This document shows positions 24,300 to 37,227 of a stretch of 64,000 nt of DNA, in pieces. Each line of letters begins with the position of its first letter. Within the stretch, counting starts at the first letter, position 1. The position numbers and the translations under genes were made by a program. The stretch covers positions 201,314,001-201,378,000 of the forward strand of contig NC_042998.1 in NCBI RefSeq assembly GCF_006345805.1, in the 5' to 3' direction. The stretch is from Octopus sinensis. Its lineage: Eukaryota. The notes below the pieces were generated by a model. It saw only the letters and a program-made list of their open reading frames with translations, was not told where the DNA came from and made no database searches.

Positions 24300-27200
24300 T
24301 TGATTTTTATTTAGGATGGCGTCTTCTAGACGCAGTTTATAGTTTTGTAATATTTTCTGTAGTGTTGCTTTTGCTATGAAGTGTTACTCTACTATTAAGT
24401 GCAGATATGCCTTCTCTATGAGTAATGAAATACATTTTTTTTTTGCGGGGCAGGGGCATATTCCATTATATTATATTATATAACAAGTATATGTCATGCA
24501 TTGTAGTCCCATTTATATATTTTTCATATTTATTAGCGCTGATGTTAGCAGTATTTTTTTGTCTGCATGATGTTTTAAAATTATTCCCAAGGTAGCATCT
24601 ATGAAAGCGATTGCTCTGGTTGTGAGTCTTTCATCTTGATTAGTTTTTATGTTCATATGCAGATTCTTGAAAAAACATTTCATTTTCTGTTAGAAATATA
24701 TTATCATTTTGCTTTAAATGGGCCTTCTCTTGGTAGGTAATATCACAGCTTCTTGTCTTTAGCATAATCATCCGGTTAACGTTCGTATATATCTTCGTCT
24801 TTACGGAATGCTTTACATTAGGGCAAGATAAGTTTGTCAAATTCTCCCAGTAACTATGTTATTTCACTCATGCTTTGATGTATTATAATTCATATTGTTT
24901 TTATCTGCTCATCGTTAAACGAGTATTGGCTCACTTTTGAGTGTGATGGCATAGACATTTTTGTGTCATCGGGGTAATTCTTTAGGGCGGACCTGCGCAC
25001 TTGTGAGCTAATACTCCATAGTGTGATGATAAATAATGGTCTTAGAGCCCTAATCTAAGGTATACCACTTAATACAGGTGACTTTGCAAAGATAAAACCG
25101 TTTGCAGCAACAGGTTGCTTCCTACGCCATAAGAAGTAAAAAGGCCACTGCCTGAGTTTTGGAGTGATACCAAAATCCCTTAACCCATGACAAATAATTC
25201 CATAATAAATCTTATTAAATGCTTTAGCAAAATCAAGGGATATAGTCAGAGTTTATCCCTCTCAAGCGATTAATGAGAATAGCATTATGGTTGTAAAAGT
25301 TGCGACAGGGAACTTTGTCCAGTTTGAAAGCTATGTTGTTTATTTCCAAGGCGTTTGTTTCCCAAAAGGTAAGTATTTATTCTTTTTCAGGCCGAGCATC
25401 CGGCAATTTTAGAAATGTGAGATATGAGAGAAACAGGTCAGTAACTTTTAGCTTCAGCCCTGTTATCATTGCGTGTAGGTTTTATTATTTGTTCTTTCAT
25501 TATTTCTAGGAAAATGTCAGTATCTAGCAACATTTGAAATAGCATCTGTCATGGTTTGGCGAGATTATTTTTGTACGTTTATCATTATATGGTTGGTGTG
25601 GAGGCGCAATGGCCCAGTGGTTAGGGCAGCGGACTCGCGGTCATAGGATCGCGGTTTCGATTCCCAGACCGGGCGTTGTGAGTGTTTATTGAGCGAAAAC
25701 ACCTAAAGCTCCACGAGGCTCCGGCAGGGGATGGTGGTGATCCCTGCTGTACTCTTTCACCACAACTTTCTCTCACTCTTACTTCCTGTTTCTGTTGTAC
25801 CTGTATTTCAAGGGGCCGGTCTTGTCACTCTCTGTGTCACGCTGAATATCCCCGAGAACTACGTTAAGGGTACACGTGTCTGTGGAGTGCTCAGCCACTT
25901 ACACGTTAATTTCACGAGCAGGCTGTTCCGTTGATTCGGATCAACCGGAACCCTCATCGTCGTAACCGACGGAGTGCTTCCATCCATATGGTTGGTATTC
26001 TACCTGGCTCAGATGCTGAGTTTGAATTTAACCCATTAGTACCTGTAAATATATCCTCTTCCGTAATGTCCTTAATTTATCTGCATTTGAATTCTGGGGA
26101 TCAAAGAGTTCATCCGAATGATGAACTATTTTATTAGTTATGAATTGCTATGAGTTGAAAATGCACTGTTATATTTTTCACTCAAGAATGAGCATATCTG
26201 TGATAAATCATTAGTATATGATACTTTTCGGCCCATCGGGAGGCAGATTTATGTTTAGAATAGTGGCAAAAGGACTGGAGTTTATTTACACTTTATATCC
26301 TCCACTGCTCGGTATTTCTTTGACAAAGTTTCTATTCCATAACATATTTTAGAATCCAGTTCACAGCTTTTTCTTTCCTTTTTTTCTTTTTTTTTTTTTT
26401 CGCAATTTCCTCCATTGAAGAAACTTAGCTTTTTACCTGTTTTGTTAGTTTGGTTTTGTTGTGTTTTAGCATCCGTGTATCTCGTAGAATCGAGTTCTAG
26501 CAGGAACAGGCGAATTTATATGGGCTATGTGTTCAACAGATTTCCATTAACTAATCGTATAGAAATTCCATTCTCTCATTTGCATTGCGATTTCCGATAT
26601 ACTGAGACCAGTTTGTCTTGAGGATATCAGTTTCAATTTCCTTCCACTCGGCGCTCCTAAAATCCAAGCTCCTGAGGCATGAATTACGTTTCATGCTATT
26701 TGTGTGTGTTGCCCTCTTTGAACCATATGTAAAGTATTGTATAATCTAGAAGTCATAAATAGCTGCTGGAATGACCTGAACATTGCGAATAAAGTTTGTA
26801 TTAGTATTAAAGACTTGCTGCATGGAGGAATATTTCAAGGAGACTATTCAAATCCTGTATTGTTGTTTAGTTCCAGGTTGGATATAGGCTTGAAATCACC
26901 TGAGATAAGGGAAATTAAATTCGCCCTTAAAAGTACATTGGTCTGCGGTCGGCCTCAGAGTTTGACTTATGGATGACAAAGTATCCCTGAAGTAATCTGG
27001 TTAGCATCATGAGAAGAACGGTAGGTAAAGCCTATGACCAAACTGAGGTCGAGCACATGCATTGTTAGTGTATTGCACACTGCTGGAGTAGGAGAGAAGA
27101 ACATTTGTTGCTAAATCTTCGTAAGGTGAAGATTTCTACTCCTTAGTTGTGTGTTTATCATAAATTTGCATACGCATTTCCGTGACCAGTATGTATGGGG

Positions 27201-27420
27201 TCAGATGTGTTTCACATACTTCTACGCATAGTTTCTTTTCTCGATTTGTGAAGTGTAAGAGACCTTGTGCGTTAACATTATTATTGAGTCAGAATTGTGG
27301 GTTAATGACAACAATGTTGCGTGTTTGTGCATTGGGAGGTAACAGCAGTGGTTGCTGCGATGTGAGAGCTAAATGTTTCTTCTTGGACTTCGTTTGCCAG
27401 ATTCGTCATGGTTAATAAAC
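24300..27420 (-). mobile_element. Decayed APE-endonuclease LINE (EN + RT), interrupted by a SINE
   Basis: Minus strand: VCETHL (~27205-27225, APE), FTYRSS (~27015), ISLDFAKAFNKI (~25210-25245, RT). Confidence 0.65.
25598..25985 (+). mobile_element. Full-length SINE family C (tRNA-Arg-like head), 11-bp TSD
   Basis: TGGCCCAGTGG A-box, GGTTTCGATTCC B-box, CTCGCG anticodon-loop remnant; TSD ATATGGTTGGT at 25587-25597 and 25986-25996. Confidence 0.92.
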
Positions 27421-27846
27421 ATTTTTCTTGCTTCCGAAAGGGTTGGTCTCTAGAATTGCTATGGCTGCATTGTTGGATATGGTTATGGTTATCTGGTTTG
27501 CCGAAACTCGTAGATATCGGAGTGACTTCTGAATTTCGATAGAAGTCTGGACGAGCATTGTCACTACAGGAATGTTTCTACTGTAGATTTTGCTGTGGCT
27601 TGGAGTAATGCTTTTAAAAGTACACCGAATCTCTGAGAGAGGAGTAACGGGACAGTCACACATTAGATATAATCTCACGCGTTTGGAGCAGTGGTAGTTT
27701 TTAGGATCCCGGCTTACAAGTGTAGAAGCTAAACAGTTTCATTCAGTATTTTGTTGTTGTGATAGTGATGGTAGATGTGTGTTTTAGCGGTAGCTGGTGT
27801 TACTCGTATGAAGTGTGAGTCTTGTCTCTGGTGAAGTCGCAGTTAC

Positions 27847-28734
27847 GGATCTTTTCAATTCTGAAGCCAGTTTTTTCAAATTTTTCCTACTGAACCAAAC
27901 AATTTGAAACTTCGTATACTGGTAGAATGTGTCAAAAGTAAACTTAATTGTAAACCAGAATGAAAACGGAATTGTAACTTCTAAGTTTAACGTTGTTTAA
28001 TAATTAGAATTTTAACCAATGATATTCCGTCATTCGGCTTTATTTTATTTACTCCGTCTCGACCACCAATTTGGTGACGTATTAAACATCTTAAATGTAA
28101 ACAAGCCGCATATCTCCGTGAAATCTCCTTCTAATTATTTAACGTACTCATGTTTCCAGGATCCTATTGTCAGCCACCTTCTAATAACAATATTTAAAAC
28201 TAGTTAATAAGCCACATGTATTAAATTGAAAATGTTTCCATTCTGTTAGTACTTGCTTTCGTTTGCTATTAAGAAGTGGCATCTCAGTGACGAGGCTTCT
28301 AACAAGATTTCGTTTCTAAGCTAATGCGTTTCATTTCACTTATTGTATTTATTTGTGCAAAAGGCAAGAAATTTAATATTAAAAAAGCAAAGAGCTGGCA
28401 GAAACGTTAGCACGCCGGGCGAAATGCGTAGCCGTATTTCGTCTGCCGTTACGTTCTGTGTTTGTTTACAGTTTTCCGAACGTTAGTACTTCACAAAAGC
28501 GCTTTCTACGTCACACTAATAGAATGCAGTCAAGTTTTACACATGAAAACAAACAATCTGATTGGTTAAAATTCGCAGTTTTAATCTACGATTAAAGTCA
28601 TAAAATAGATTTTTCTCAAATAAACTAGTTCCAACCTGTGTCTTGTTTTGCTAGACTCTATCAGCATACGAAGTTTCAGAATATTTAGTTAAGTAGAAAG
28701 ATCTGTGGTCCTGGCTTCAGAATTGAAAAGATCC
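27847..28734. mobile_element. Non-autonomous TIR DNA transposon, 24-bp TIR, 8-bp TSD (Merlin-like GG...CC ends)
   Basis: TIR GGATCTTTTCAATTCTGAAGCCAG is perfect at both ends; TSD GCAGTTAC at 27839-27846 and 28735-28742; contains a SINE A head at ~28391-28462. Confidence 0.9.
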
Positions 28735-29334
28735 GCAGTTACTAACAATGCATTCTCTCGCTTTAAAACTAACTGCATATTTTTTGGTTTCCTATTTTCA
28801 TAGATTTTACTTTGTTTATAGTTGGATTATTTATCATAGAGCTGTGTGGTATATATTCAGATTGAGGTTGATAGTAGGAGGAAAGAAAGTTGTAGTAATA
28901 GCGTTAATTGTAGTAGCAGTATAATAGGATGGCGATGGTGTTGATGGATTTCTTGCACCATTCTGATAAAGTGAGGAATTTGAGTGACTTGAATGTGGGG
29001 ATAGGCTAGGGGGTGATTAGTTTAATACGATTTCAATCATGGTATTATTGAGGAGTGGCCGCGGCTGCTGATTTTATTGTTGTTCTTCTGAGTGGTAATG
29101 GTAGTAGCAATGGTACAGGATTACAACGATGATGATTGGTCACTTTCGGTGTTCTAAGGAAATGAGAAATGTCGGACTGTTACGGGCTGTTGATTGACGG
29201 CTTCAGTAGGTCATCGGTTGTGCTACTATTGAGGAAAGGCCGCAGCTGATGTTAATGATGTTGTTTTTGTGGCTGCTGCTATTGTTGTTGAAGCCTAGTT
29301 GGAGAAAACACATGCTGAAGATTGTCAAAATATA

Positions 29335-29707
29335 TACTCTTTTACTCTTTTACTTGTTTCAGTCATTTGACTGCGGCCATGCTGGTGCACCGCCTTAAAT
29401 CGAGCAACTCGACCCCGGGACTTATTCTTTTGTAAGCCCAGTACTTATTCTATCGGTCTCTTTTTGCCGAACCGCTAAGTGACGGGGACGTAAACACACC
29501 AGCATCGGTTGTCAAGCAATGCTAGGGGGACAATCACACACATATATATATACATATATACGACAGGCTTCTTCAAGTTTCCCTCTCCCAAATCCACTCA
29601 CAAGGCATTGGTCGGCCCGGGGCTATAGCAGAAGACACTTGCTCAAGATGCCACGCAGTGGGACTGAACCCATGTGGTTGGTTAGCAAGCTACTTACCAC
29701 ACAGCCA
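29335..29707 (-). mobile_element. SINE family B
   Basis: Homologous to the 17545 copy; repeated TAAAAGAG tail. Confidence 0.92.
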
Positions 29708-29962
29708 TTCGTGAATGAATTTAAACGATATTTTAATGTTTAAAGTTATTCCGTATTTATTTGCTTCTCCGATGGCTTATTGATCAGTTGGACATTTTGT
29801 TTCTTTTTTTATGGCAATAAAATTTAAACAAGTATCTTCTATGATTTTAGTTTGGGAAAGAAACAAATCTTGCATTTATGAGAACCTTGATTGAACACAT
29901 AAGCCCCTGTTGTTTATTCTAGGCAAGTTGTATAGGCATATGTTCGTGTGTGAGTATAACGT

Positions 29963-30192
29963 TGGCGAGCTGGCAGAAACGTTAGCACGCCGGGCGAAAT
30001 GCGTAGCCGTATTTCGTCTGCTGTTACGTTCTAAGTTCAAATTCCGCCGAGGTCGACTTTGCCTTTTATCCTTTCGGGGTCGATTAAATAAGTACCAGTT
30101 ACGCACTGGGGTCGATGTAATCGACTTAATCCGTGTGTTTGTCCTTGTTTGTCCTCTCTGTGTTTAGCCCCTTGTGGGTAGTAAAGAAATAG
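29963..30192 (+). mobile_element. Full-length SINE family A
   Basis: GGCGAGCTGGCAGAAACG head, AGTTCAAATTCC B-box, GTAAAGAAATAG 3' end. Confidence 0.92.
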
Positions 30193-30563
30193 ATATACAG
30201 ATAGGGAGGCAAACATTTCTTAAATGTATCTCAGTGAATTTATTCGAAAGTACGATTTTGTGAGTTCGATATATGCGTATAAATTATTCAAATTTGCACG
30301 TAGTCAACTTTACCTCCTGATTATTAAAAGATCGTGTGTTTCGAAGGTTTTTCAGTTGAATAGCTGGATTGAGTTGAATTTTGTTTCTTCGGCTACTGAC
30401 TAGCCAAGGTTATGAAAGCAAAAAAGTCTACCTACAGCCTGTGTCCATACAGATATCATACATACCTATACTCAGAACATGGATGTCCTTAAATGAAAGA
30501 TTTGTGGTGCATACTAATGAGAGTCCTTACATATTTGAATTTTTGATCTACACAGTCTTCCAA

Positions 30564-30992
30564 GGTACTACTAGCGAACAGTGGTCCCGGTGCGCGCACA
30601 CGCGCATCCGCGCATCCACGCTAGCTATTCGTAAGTAGTCGATCCTACAACGACTTGCGCGTATGTTTGTATTTCAAGGCTGAATACATATCAAAGAAAA
30701 TTAAATAATATTTTTCCAACAAAGTAAATCATTTTAAAACTAAGTAAATAAATTATTTTCTAAAACAATGAATATAATTTTTTTACCCAAATTAAATACT
30801 TTTCGAACAAAGTAAATAATTTTTTAAACTTAGTAAATAAATTATTTTTATAAACAAACTAAGGTTATGGTTAGGGTTAAAAAATTAGGTTTAGGGTTAG
30901 GGTTAAAAAGTCGTTGTAGAATCGATTACTTACGACTAGCTAGCACGGATGCGCGAGTGCGCGCACCGGGACCACTGTTCGCTAGTAGTACC
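30564..30992. mobile_element. MITE with ~90-bp imperfect TIRs and 9-bp TSD (Merlin- or MULE-type), carrying TTAGGG repeats
   Basis: TIR GGTACTACTAGCGAACAGTGGTCCCGGTGCGCGCAC...; TSD GTCTTCCAA at 30555-30563 and 30993-31001. Confidence 0.92.
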
Positions 30993-31373
30993 GTCTTCCA
31001 ATTTATTCTCGGCACATAAAAACAAAAATTTGATGTTACAACTGTATATTGCAAACACACTTTTCTTAAGCAGTGATAGTTAACGATCTTAAATTTAGCA
31101 TTCAAATCTTTCAAATATCAGGTTAATACGCCTATAACATATATTCCTACAAGTTTCCGTCACTTATATGAGCTGTTCTGGTTGCTTCAATAACTTTAAC
31201 TGAATACGTGTGTTCATCTAATTACATAGTTTTCGTTTCTTTATTTCCATTGAGATTAGATTACATCTTTTCCGTGAAGTTCAACATTTTGATATGTACT
31301 TTATAATCAGACTCTTATATAGTTACCATTGTTAAATCCATATACTGTCTACGCAGGTAATTTTAATGATCTA

Positions 31374-31601
31374 TTACTCTTTTACTCTTTTACTTGTTCC
31401 AGTCATTTGACTGCGTCCATGCTGGAGCACCGCCTTTAGTCGAGCAAATCGACCCCGCGACTTATTCTTTGTAAGCCCAGTACTTATTCTATCGGTCTCT
31501 TTTGCCGAACCGCTAAGTGACGGAGACGTAAACATACTAGCATCGGTTGTCAAGCAATGCTAGGGAGACAAACACAGACACACAAACACACGCACACACA
31601 C

Positions 31602-31651
<50 letters not shown>

Positions 31652-31816
31652 GACATGTTTCTTTCAGTTTCCATCTACCAAATCCACTCACAAGGCATTG
31701 GTCGGCCCGGGGCTATAGCAGAAGACACTTGCCCAAGATGCCACGCAGTGGGACTGAACCCGGAACCATGTGGTTGGTTAGCAAGCTACTTACCACACAG
31801 CCACTCCTGCGCCTAT
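31374..31816 (-). mobile_element. Full-length SINE family B
   Basis: Homologous to the 17545 copy. Confidence 0.92.
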
Positions 31817-32239
31817 TCTACATAGTACATACATTTATTTCTTCAATATACAGAAAGTGCCTGATTGCCTCCCCACCGTATATGCTATGGGTAAAGATGT
31901 TCCACCAAAGTCCACATTAATTTAACACACTAGGTACGTCTTGAGGCACAATGCACAACCCGAATGAAGAAAACAATTCGTGGATCAGTATTCACATGTG
32001 TAGAATATGACCAGGCGTTCTCTGTCAGTTAATATTTGCCATTATTAGGACCTTCATTTACCTGTTGGTGTCAGATCTGTTGATTACTAAACCTTGTTAA
32101 ACTAGCTACTGCAGAATCACTTCTTATTTTCAGGATTTTTTTTCTCCTCGCAGGCATATTTTTATAGCTAAATCTTTGTATGCATAGAAATGCTGTATAA
32201 ATTCTTGGCTGTATAAATTTAGGTCGCGTAGATATTATA

Positions 32240-32476
32240 TATCTCTTTACTGCTCAGAAAGGGCTAAACATAGAGGGGACAAACAATGACAGACGAAGGG
32301 ATTGAGCCGATTATATCGCCCCCAGTGCGAAACTGGTACTTTATTTATCGACCCCGAAAGGATGACAAGCAAAATTGACCTCGGCGGAATTTGAACTCAA
32401 AACGTAACGACAGACGAAATGCCGCTAAGCATTTCGACCGGCGCGCTAACGTATCTGCCAGCTAGCCGCCTTAACG
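32240..32476 (-). mobile_element. SINE family A with 20-bp TSD
   Basis: TAGGTCGCGTAGATATTATA at 32220-32239 and 32477-32496. Confidence 0.92.
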
Positions 32477-32669
32477 TAGGTCGCGTAGATATTATAGGCT
32501 TCGAAATACAACTGATACCTCGCTATCCAATCTCCTTTGTTATAGATTCAGTGTAAAATTTCGTGACAGATACAACAAATATATTTTTGAATATTTATTT
32601 ATTTCTACTGTTGTATATTTTAGACTGAGGAATCATGTACATTATTTAGATTAGACGTTTCGGCTAATA

Positions 32670-32768
32670 AGTTAGTTAGTTAGTTAGTTTATTTTTGGCT
32701 CAAAAAGCAAAAAGCAAAAAGCAAGGCCATGTAGGGGACATGGGGTTATCTACAGGGTGGTGTTCATA
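32670..32768 (-). mobile_element. CR1 3' terminus with (TAAC)n tail
   Basis: Homologous to 2852-2940. Confidence 0.85.
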
Positions 32769-32774
32769 AATAAA

Positions 32775-32890
32775 GGGTTCGGTTCGAAATTCCATTAGGA
32801 TATCTGATGAAGGTTGGCGAGTATATCAGCCAAAACGGTGTGAAAATAGCAAACCAGGTGAGGACACTTATCCGTCAATGTAAATATTAT
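32775..32890 (+). mobile_element. Penelope-type terminal repeat with decayed hammerhead (CTGATGA intact, GAAA mutated)
   Basis: CTGATGA at 32804-32810, stem II GGTTG/CAGCC; homologous to 35510-35620. Confidence 0.7.
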
Positions 32891-33210
32891 TTATTGCTAT
32901 CTTCAATTTCATCGTTGAATTCTATGGTTGTAAAAGTATGTTCCGCAGAAAAGTTTGGTTTAGAAATTTGCACTCTTAGAATTTCATGTCTGTAAATCTT
33001 GCTTATCCTCTATAGATTCTTCTGCGCACATTATCTAAATCGAAAACATTTTAAAGAACTACTCTAAATCCTAATGCCGGGATTTCAAAGTTTTTTCTTT
33101 TTGATTATCTGTTACGAAAACATGTTTTCGTCTTTTCAAAAACGAAGTTTGACTATTTTATCACAAAATATGTTGATGGTACCACGATCACCGTCTCTAC
33201 CGCAACCACA

Positions 33211-33692
<482 letters not shown>

Positions 33693-35489
33693 ATTTAGAA
33701 ATTTTGTTACAAGTTCAGCAATTTCGTGAATGGTGGTAATCGAATACCTCGACCCCTGTGCTCAACTTATTTTATCCATCCTGAAAGGAAGAAATGTAAG
33801 TTGACGAGAGTGGAATTTGTCTCAGAACAAGAAAACGGATGAAATGTCACGAAATATTTTGCCCGGAGCGGTAACTATGCTGCCAGCAGAATAAAATCTA
33901 ATAATACCAACAAATATCTCATTGTTATAGAGGTACATTATCGTCTGTTAGCAATGATTTACCGATCAGGATCTAATAACGTACCTGGCGGTCGGTCCCT
34001 GACAGCACTAACTGACCTATAGCTCTAAAATCCTCATTAATGTTTGTTGCCATTCTCCGACTTGTCAATCTGTAATTTTCATCCCCATAAATTGTCCCTT
34101 AGTAATTCTCTGATGCTTTGTAGGAGCCATTTTTAAAACATTTCTTTTCTGTTATCTGACATTGATGGCATTATACCCATTATATTATGCATTTGACATT
34201 CTTCTACTTCAAGCTTTTACATTATGGTCTAAAACCTGGTCACAGCAAAATAAAGTGGCTATTTGTACTTTGCAGATTTTCATTGCATTCTACTTTGCTT
34301 CATGCATTTGGTAGATTCTTGTGACTTGTACTACAAGGGAAAATTATTTCATTTATATTTTGAGTTGTCGAAGGAACTCAATATGGTGATATATCTTGAA
34401 GTAAATCTGTTACTTTCACTTACTCCGTGCATTAGTGAAGGGATTTCTCATATGTTATATAGCTTTAGTTTGACATTCAGTTTCCCATTATGAGATTAGG
34501 TGCTGTATTTTTTTAATATGTTCTTTTCTATTCTTTGTCTTCTTTCACAAATCTCCGTTTCCTTAATGTCGTTTTGTATTATGCGCCATCTGAAGATACA
34601 AAGGAATTTACATTTATTTCTTCAATTTTAACGGTTTGATGATTCCTATTTATTTTAAACTATCATATCTCAAATGCAATAGCAAATATGTAATAATGAT
34701 CTTCGAGTTATTGACAGCTGCAGCAACACTAATTTCTTCAGAAATATATGAGTACCTATCTTGCATTGCTCCTACAGTCGGTATCAAGTTGTGCCAAAAT
34801 CTAATTAAGACTAAGGCAGCTAGAAAGCAAGCTGTCTTAAATTCTGTATGAAACTATAACATTTCTTCTTAATCAGTTTCTTATACTTCCATATGGCAGT
34901 TTACATAGTTTCTGTATTCCTAACCATTTGTAAGAACGTTTTTCGTCTAATTCTCTTATTATTTCTTATCTAAAATGAGGTTAGTATTTGTAATTAATTT
35001 TACTCTCTTTAACTTTGAAATACTTTCATACCACATTTCACGTGAATTTCTTTAGAAGTTCGTATTTAAGACGTTCTCTTAACTTGTAAGAAATTATCGT
35101 GCGTTGGATAAATGCTTTAGCGATCATGGAGTGGGAAAATTTTCTCCAATCACATTGAGCTGATCGAAATCTTTTCATTGAAATTTTGTATACGTAAATT
35201 TTATGAACGTTGTCGAATAGACAGCATGGCTTCACACACATCATGTCCCTAATACTGTCGCTCTCTACGGTGCCAAACACGTCTCCAACAATGTCACGCT
35301 GACTTTCTCTGAGAATGAACATTTATGCATTATTGTACAACGACTACTCAGTCATACTATAATTCAGTGCCTACATAGATTCTAGATCGAAGAAGTGGAA
35401 AATATATACTATCACAATGAACTGATGATCCAAAAGAGTCTGACGTTCCAAAATTGTTTTATAATTTCCTGTTATTCCTTGAGCTATTA

Positions 35490-35658
35490 AAAATACCTTA
35501 GAAATGAGAAACCAGCTTCAAAATTTCCACAAGACGACTGATGAAGGCTGAGGGTATATCAGCGAAAAAGTTGTATGAACAACAAACAAGATGAGGACAA
35601 ATATCCGTCAAATATACATAACGTACATAATTCCTGATCTCTTAAATATAGAACTGTA
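35490..35658 (+). mobile_element. Penelope-type terminal repeat with hammerhead motif
   Basis: CTGATGA 35538-35544, stem II GCTG/CAGC, GAAA 35564-35567; stem III region mutated. Confidence 0.75.
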
Positions 35659-35724
35659 ATATATATATTGAGAGCGGTCAGCTAAAAGTTTTTGAGCATG
35701 TTGATGTCGACATAAGTTCCTTGA

Positions 35725-35807
35725 TTTTCCTGATGAGAAATCTGCATAATGTACTCCTTATTCCTTTGGAATTAGGAATATGCAGCCTTCGAAACATATG
35801 TCGAGAA
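35725..35807 (+). ncRNA. Type I hammerhead ribozyme, canonical core, predicted GUC cleavage after 35802
   Basis: Stem I TTTTC/GAGAA; CTGATGA 35730-35736; stem II GAA..CTGCATA/TATGCAG..TTC; GAAA 35791-35794; palindromic stem III ACATATGT; GTC triplet; AATAAA at 35806-35811. Confidence 0.85.
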
Positions 35808-35874
35808 TAAAGGATATTTGTTAACTAGTCGTTCAACTCCATTCTTTCATATACTTACAATTTTAATATATATA

Positions 35875-36010
35875 TATGACAGATATTTGTCCTCATCTTG
35901 TTTGTTGTTCACACAACGTTTCCGCTGATATACTCTCCAGCCTCCACCAGTCATCTTGGGGAAAGTTTGAACCTGGTTTCTCATTCCTAAGGTATTTTTC
36001 GATGTTCCTG
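35875..36010 (-). mobile_element. Inverted second copy of the 35490 terminal repeat (core decayed to CTGGTGG, GAAACGTTGTGT retained)
   Basis: Reverse-complement homology to 35490-35615. Confidence 0.8.
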
Positions 36011-36028
36011 TTATTGTTGTTATTATTA

Positions 36029-36059
<31 letters not shown>

Positions 36060-36081
36060 GTTGTTGTTGTTGTTGTTGTTG

Positions 36082-36152
<71 letters not shown>

Positions 36153-36158
36153 GTTATT

Positions 36159-36274
36159 GTCACTGCTTCGAATCGAACTTGGGATCTTAGGGTTAGTAGC
36201 TCGCGTCATATAGCGTAGTCGTTAAGAACTCGGGCTAGTAACCCCAGGATTCCGAGTCCGATTTCCGACAGTGA

Positions 36275-36280
<6 letters not shown>
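36159..36280. mobile_element. Head-to-head pair of short tRNA-like SINEs with (TAA)n tails
   Basis: Plus copy TAGCGTAGTCGTTAAG...CTAGTAA...GAGTCCGATTTCC...CAGTGAC; minus copy ...CTACTAACCC...AAGTTCGATTC...CAGTGAC. Confidence 0.7.
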
Positions 36281-36306
<26 letters not shown>

Positions 36307-36307
<1 letters not shown>

Positions 36308-36845
36308 GAGGCTCTCATGGCTCCTGATCTTAACTGATTGGAAGTGTTATCATGTACATTGTTTTTTTGTCTTGGTATAAAAGATGGGCTACAGCAAATA
36401 TTCTGCTCAATACCACAGATTTGCTTGTCACTTGTTTGACCTTAACCAGGCGAGCATGTTCCTTAGTGACTGACGATATGTGCATCTCTAATCACGAGCA
36501 GAAGTAGTGCGGGAGTATGATAGCAATGTGTTGGGAGGAATTCTTTGGGGTGTGAATAATTCACCTCTGGAAACATGGGTGTTTCATTCAACATCCTTAA
36601 ACAATCCTTATTCAGGGACCTTTTGAGCGGGATGGGTTACTCGACCAGAAGAAATTTCTAACAGGGCTTCACGTGCAAGGTCATGTCCTGTTTATCTTGA
36701 TATGAGACCACCATGTCGCGCACATATGGTTGTGATGCATGTGCCTGGTGTACCCTTATCAGACGGGTAGTCATGATGTGTATACTGGCCTTCGTATATT
36801 TTACCCCAGTGTCACTTTGATGGCATGCTCCGCTCTCTCACTGAA
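36307..36845 (+). mobile_element. ~550-bp non-coding interspersed element inserted in (TAA)n
   Basis: Closely similar copy at 46889-47441; fragments at ~18010 and ~51050. Confidence 0.88.
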
Positions 36846-36873
36846 TAATAATCATAATAATAATAATAACAAT

Positions 36874-37091
<218 letters not shown>

Positions 37092-37133
37092 CGAAAGAAG
37101 GTTTGAAAATGCAATTTAAAAGATGTTTATTTA

Positions 37134-37171
37134 TTTTATCGGTTTCACACTTTGGAAAAAGATTGTCAAAA
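37134..37171 (-). ncRNA. Decayed minimal hammerhead-like motif, U3-A8 core
   Basis: Minus strand TT-TTGACAA-tctttttccaaagtgt-GAAACCGATA-AAA followed by AATAAA; stem II imperfect. Confidence 0.4.
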
Positions 37172-37227
37172 CTAACATGTAGAAGTTTGGTTGCGTTAAT
37201 TATTGGTTGTTGCAAATTGCTACATTA

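Noticed and set aside
25598-25680. tRNA-Arg gene
   Set aside because: It is a SINE head: it continues into a repeat body bounded by a TSD and has no clean acceptor stem
30863-30906. Telomere or chromosome-fusion scar
   Set aside because: Only a few degenerate units, internal to a MITE
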